From contig OZ320318.1 of the NCBI GenBank assembly GCA_976226885.1, positions 81,344,001 to 81,408,000 on the forward strand: a stretch of 64,000 nucleotides of DNA, read 5' to 3'. Made by a program: the position numbers and the translations under genes. Positions 59,901-64,000 of the stretch are shown here, piece after piece. The notes under the pieces are model-generated. The model ran no database searches. It saw only the letters and a program-made list of their open reading frames with translations, and was not told the DNA's origin. The DNA comes from Iphione sp. A-MEVVRFRX5 (Eukaryota). Numbering within the stretch: the first letter of the stretch is position 1; the number at the start of each line of letters is the position of its first letter.

Positions 59901-62900
59901 CATAATAGTTGGGGCAATTATACTAGGGCGCACAATATCGACAGCTAAGGATATGGTATAACTATGGGCTCGTAAAATATATTCTGACTGTACTTACATA
60001 ACCAGCTATCAAGAAAGGTAGGATGAAGGAAAGTCCACGCCACATCCAAGACTGAAAGCCCTCTGAAAGTGGGGGGACACAAAGAGATACGAGTGTTAGT
60101 TTTCATCGAGAAAACACCTTCCACGCCCGTTGGCTATTAAATGATGGTTTTAGCAGAGTACGTACATCTTGACAGTTATCAGCTACCAGTCATCAGTGTC
60201 TGTACATCGACTCGTTCACTGTCATGTCTGGGAAAGGACAGTAGTTTATACTGGCAGTTAGTAATGCGGTTGATGGATTCGCAAAGATGTCTTCACCGCA
60301 TGCACACACGCACACACACAAATCCACAGCACGCCACAACATACACACGTAATATTTACGTTTGTACACTCAAGAGACTGCCTATACACTGACAGTGAAG
60401 TCTGTACTCGTTGTTGTAAATGCATGTACATATATAACGGAGTTGTAACTCTTTCTGTCACACACTGTGTACGTGTACTTATTCACCGAAGGTTTACCGC
60501 GTTGCAATGATAAATATGTAATACTAGAGTAAGGATCCCTTCTCTCACAGACTGTCTGTATATAAACGATGACTTACCTACTGTGATGTCCATACTCCGC
60601 CTCTCACCCAGCGCCCGCAGCCGGTACAGGGAGCCTTTCTGGTAGTAATATTGTAGAATTTGAACCACACCTGGTGGAGGAGAGAGAAAGCAACGTCACG
60701 ACGCGCTCTTTGTCAATAATGTATGCATGTTAAGCAAAACCTACTTCAGAACAAATCGCAAGCACGAAAGACACAAACATTGAAAAAAAAAGTTTGCCAC
60801 AAAGCCGCTAACCCCTGCTGTGCCATCAATACCAGCCACCGACTCACGTGTCGAATTACCAGGGTTGACCAGGGCAGGAACAGAGTGAAGCTTGAACTCA
60901 CCAAATCCTCTGTGCTGTCTGATTTTTCTAGTCTTATTGGGCTTTTTTCTAGTACACACAGCTCTTAATGTTTGAGAACATTACTGAGTGTGTCCACGCA
61001 TAAAAACTGCTGTACAAAAATTGAGAGGTCCGTTTGCCTGAAGTGACATCTGTGCCCATGTCTAAGATAGACACCTAGGGCACAACGGCGGAACTAAAGT
61101 CTTGTATGGCAACACCCTGATTTGTTCATTTTCAGTCAACCGTATTCTTTGTCGGAATTTTTGTGACCCTCTTAATAATTTTTCATATTTTAGGTGGTTT
61201 TGTAGTTTTTTCCTATCGTTTCTATAGTAAAAAGGCTAGTAAAACCTTTATCAATAATCAAAAATAAATAAAGCAACCCCCCTTTTTCTTTCCTTTTCTG
61301 AGATGCTCTATAAATAAGCTTCCCCAAAATGACAGTATAGCAAATTTCCCTGATACTTTTTTTCCCCAAAAGCCATCCTCATGGAAAATAAATGGTCCTC
61401 TGCAATTATAACTGGTTCAACCTCTTATTTAATTCGTCACTCGTGGTCGTGCACTGGGAAGCTCCCCTGAAGCTTCACACAGATTATCTTTCACTGTCAG
61501 ATAAGGGTTTCGCTTCCTCCTGACCCGGTCCTGATCTCTGCCCTTTGACCTTTACAGCTTCACTTTGACCGACGAGGTGTGTTACCAGTGGAGGAGTCTG
61601 AAGCGTTCGGCTTTACAGTGGGCAGTTCAGGCCGCATAATTTCATTCAGCCGAAAGCGTCAGGTTATAGAGTTTGTCTGTTGAGCTGTGTGCGTGTCTCT
61701 CTTTGTCCCTGCCTGTCTCTCGGTTTGTCTATTTGTCTCGGTCCTTGAATCCTTTAGTTGCAAACTCGCCATACGAGGCAGGCGAATTATGCGTGTAAAT
61801 ACATGTAGATATGTACATGTGCTGGCCGGGCCCGCCAGGTCAACGCTAGTTCGATGCTCTTTTCACCTTCTCAGCAGGTGAGATTGAGTAACACTCATCC
61901 CTATCGGTAGGTCAGAACGGCTACCTGTATGATCTATATAAACGGCGGTGCTTAGCTGAAAGGTGATGACAAGATCGACAGATAAGGCAGGTTCTCTTAT
62001 GGACCTTTTGCTGGAGTGTGGAATTTCCTATCAGCAAAACAAAGGACTTGAAGATAAGTACACGTACACTAAAAATCTGGGAGACCTTGCATATCTCGAC
62101 AATTACTCTGAATCTCGTGAGGTGCTTTGGATTCACCTTCACACAGGTCCTCCCGCTTATACTATACATGTATTCGCATTTCTTCTTCTCCTAATCTCTT
62201 ATTCACACTGCCGTAAAACCTTTGATAAAACCCACGTTTCCCAACGGAAGCCTACGTCGTTTGAGGATCTTATCAACGAACTCTTTAAACACTACATACA
62301 CGGAAAACTCCCCAACTTGTCGTCATATTTTCGGATTTTATGAGTTGCTCGCCACTATCTCCGAACACCTGTCAACACTAACCATATCCAGACCAACTCC
62401 TCTACCAATAACAACCAGTGACCTCTGGTAGAGGTTTCCCAGCAGTGCAATTTGACACAGATGCCCATATCCTTTGATTTCTGATCATCAATTGGTGCAT
62501 GTTCATTTGTTTATTGTTTGTTCTGGATGACCTACTATGCAAAGGTCAAAGAGTCCATAGATATTCCGTCTGACACTGCACTCAAATAGGATGAGATCTG
62601 AAATATGATGCCGTTATCTAGATTGGTGTGGTTATAACGGTCGTTTGAAATGTCCAGGCCCTATCATTATGATGAGCCTACCAAGACTTGACGAGGCACT
62701 GTTGCAAGGCTATATTCTAGACTGATCTTCACTGAACATCACTTCACAAACAGCCTCATATCTCAGGTGTTTAGGTAAAATGTACCAAACGGGCACTGTT
62801 GCAAGCAAATGTTGTGGACTCTACTCTCTTTTTAGTACTATAACGACCGAAAACTCTGAGGCATGGTGCCCATAAAGTTTGGAGAGACGCAAGGTCAGAA

Positions 62901-63945
62901 AGTCAGGTCCGAGGTCATACAGCACTACTACATATATTTCTAGGGTTGCCCCTTCCTCCACTTGGAGCGGGGAGCCAACAAGCCCATTACAATGGCACCA
63001 ATCCTACACAATTATAGACAATGATTTAATAATATAACAGCTAATGAGCTAAGCAACATACAAATATGCTGATATAGTCAGTGGAAAAACTTTAAAAAAT
63101 GATTTAAACATGGCTAGACAGACCTGTTTACATACAGAGAAACGCCGTCGTATAGGGTTAAACGATGGGTGCTTCTACTTACTTATGTACATGGTGAAAA
63201 CCACAAACTGGTTCCTGAACTGACTGTATGTGTATCCAGCCGGCCTGTCAAGGTGAAAAAGAGGGGGAATATGTGGTTAATGACTTTCCAGGAATCTAGC
63301 GCCAAAACAAACAAAAAGACACGCGCAAACACTATCGTGGAGTAACCCTGCATATAAAAGAGGACAATGAAAATATGAGGATAGCGATAGAAAGCTTTAA
63401 AACTGGTTTTCTCCAGGACCATTCTGTGATACAGTTAAAATATTTTGTATGATTCTGTAAAGTCAAGATTCTATATCTGCACATTTAATAAATGAACAAA
63501 TTCCACTGTTATCCGTGGGCTTCTTGGTAGAGAAATATGACTGCTGGATTCCCTTGATTCTGAAACAACAATGTGCAAAACTGAGACCATTTGGATATAG
63601 AAGTTTAACTTCAGCTGTCTGGTAGTGGCAGAAGTTCGGAAAACGCTATTGTTATACGGCTAAACATGCTTCCCAGACTTAATGTATGCTATAAAGTGTT
63701 TCAGACGGTCACGGGCCCCCAAGGTTATGAGACATATGACATCAGTCTGACAGTGTTTGCTGACAGTGCCCCGAGGACTTAGGCTTTACCAGATGAGAAT
63801 GATGCCGGCGCAGACAGTGGCGATGAAATGATGTGAGATCCACCAGCCTCGAATCCGAGATCCGTTGACCTTGAGGATGTGTTCTCGGATGGTGAGCGTG
63901 CAGTAGTACCAGACGAGCAGAAACTGAAATGCGGCATCAGTCACC
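56791..63945 (-). CDS. TMEM120: TMEM120 (TACAN/TMPIT family) homolog; last six coding exons, 5' exons beyond the window end
   Basis: The spliced product reads [40 protein letters not shown]...[14 protein letters not shown]...[47 protein letters not shown]...IFQLYNAY...[20 protein letters not shown]. These are diagnostic TMEM120 motifs, and all phases are consistent. Confidence 0.95.
57748..57816 (-). CDS. TMEM120: TMEM120 exon (69 nt): [23 protein letters not shown]
   Basis: Minus strand tttccag|ATT and CAG|gtaaga. Confidence 0.94.
59998..60062 (-). CDS. TMEM120: TMEM120 exon (65 nt): [22 protein letters not shown]
   Basis: Minus strand ctttcag|AG and TAT|gtaagt. Confidence 0.95.
60578..60670 (-). 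CDS. TMEM120: TMEM120 exon (93 nt): [30 protein letters not shown]
   Basis: Minus strand ctcctccaccag|GT and G|gtaagt; lies within ORF 60483..60668. Confidence 0.96.
   Translation of the reverse strand: MWFKFYNITTRKAPCTGCGRWVRGGVWTSQ
61963..62431 (+). mobile_element. Possible decayed LINE endonuclease (APE) fragment in a TMEM120 intron
   Basis: Overlapping ORFs give [15 protein letters not shown] and [14 protein letters not shown], loosely resembling the E-x-LWI and PTR...LDL APE motifs. The frames are broken. Confidence 0.3.
63183..63244 (-). CDS. TMEM120: TMEM120 exon (62 nt): [20 protein letters not shown]
   Basis: Minus strand ccttgacag|G and A|gtaagt. Confidence 0.93.
63790..63945 (-). 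CDS. TMEM120: TMEM120 exon (156 nt): [52 protein letters not shown]
   Basis: Minus strand ttttcctccag|G and TG|gtaaag. Confidence 0.95.
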
Positions 63946-64000
63946 CTGGAGGAAAACAACCGATCCGACGTTTCACTATCATCGGCTATGGATGTGAGTG

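Overview
Eukaryotic genomic DNA from a draft assembly with five N-gaps. It is probably a bilaterian invertebrate (spliceosomal introns, CTCF-like motifs, abundant microsatellites and TACATGTA runs), but the taxon cannot be fixed from the sequence. Two protein-coding genes can be rebuilt exon by exon with consistent splice phases. A spinster/SPNS1-type MFS transporter lies on + (10 coding exons, 32409-41861); its first coding exon with TM1 is not visible. The last six coding exons of a TMEM120 homolog lie on - (63945-56791), with the 5' part beyond the window. Between their 3' ends sits a 5'-truncated CR1/L2-group LINE with an uninterrupted RT ORF. The left ~31 kb has no gene I can identify. 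It holds two copies of a Helentron-type non-autonomous element, microsatellites, degenerate minisatellites and several promoter-like motif clusters. The most unusual structure is a four-copy tandem array at 32790-33408. It repeats the SPNS 3' splice site plus the first 66 nt of the TM4 exon, creating stacked acceptors and potential 74-75 nt GT-AG mini-introns. A triple CACGTG with exact 6-bp spacers at 19118-19147 also stands out. There is no evidence of a prokaryote-style system such as CRISPR or an operon.
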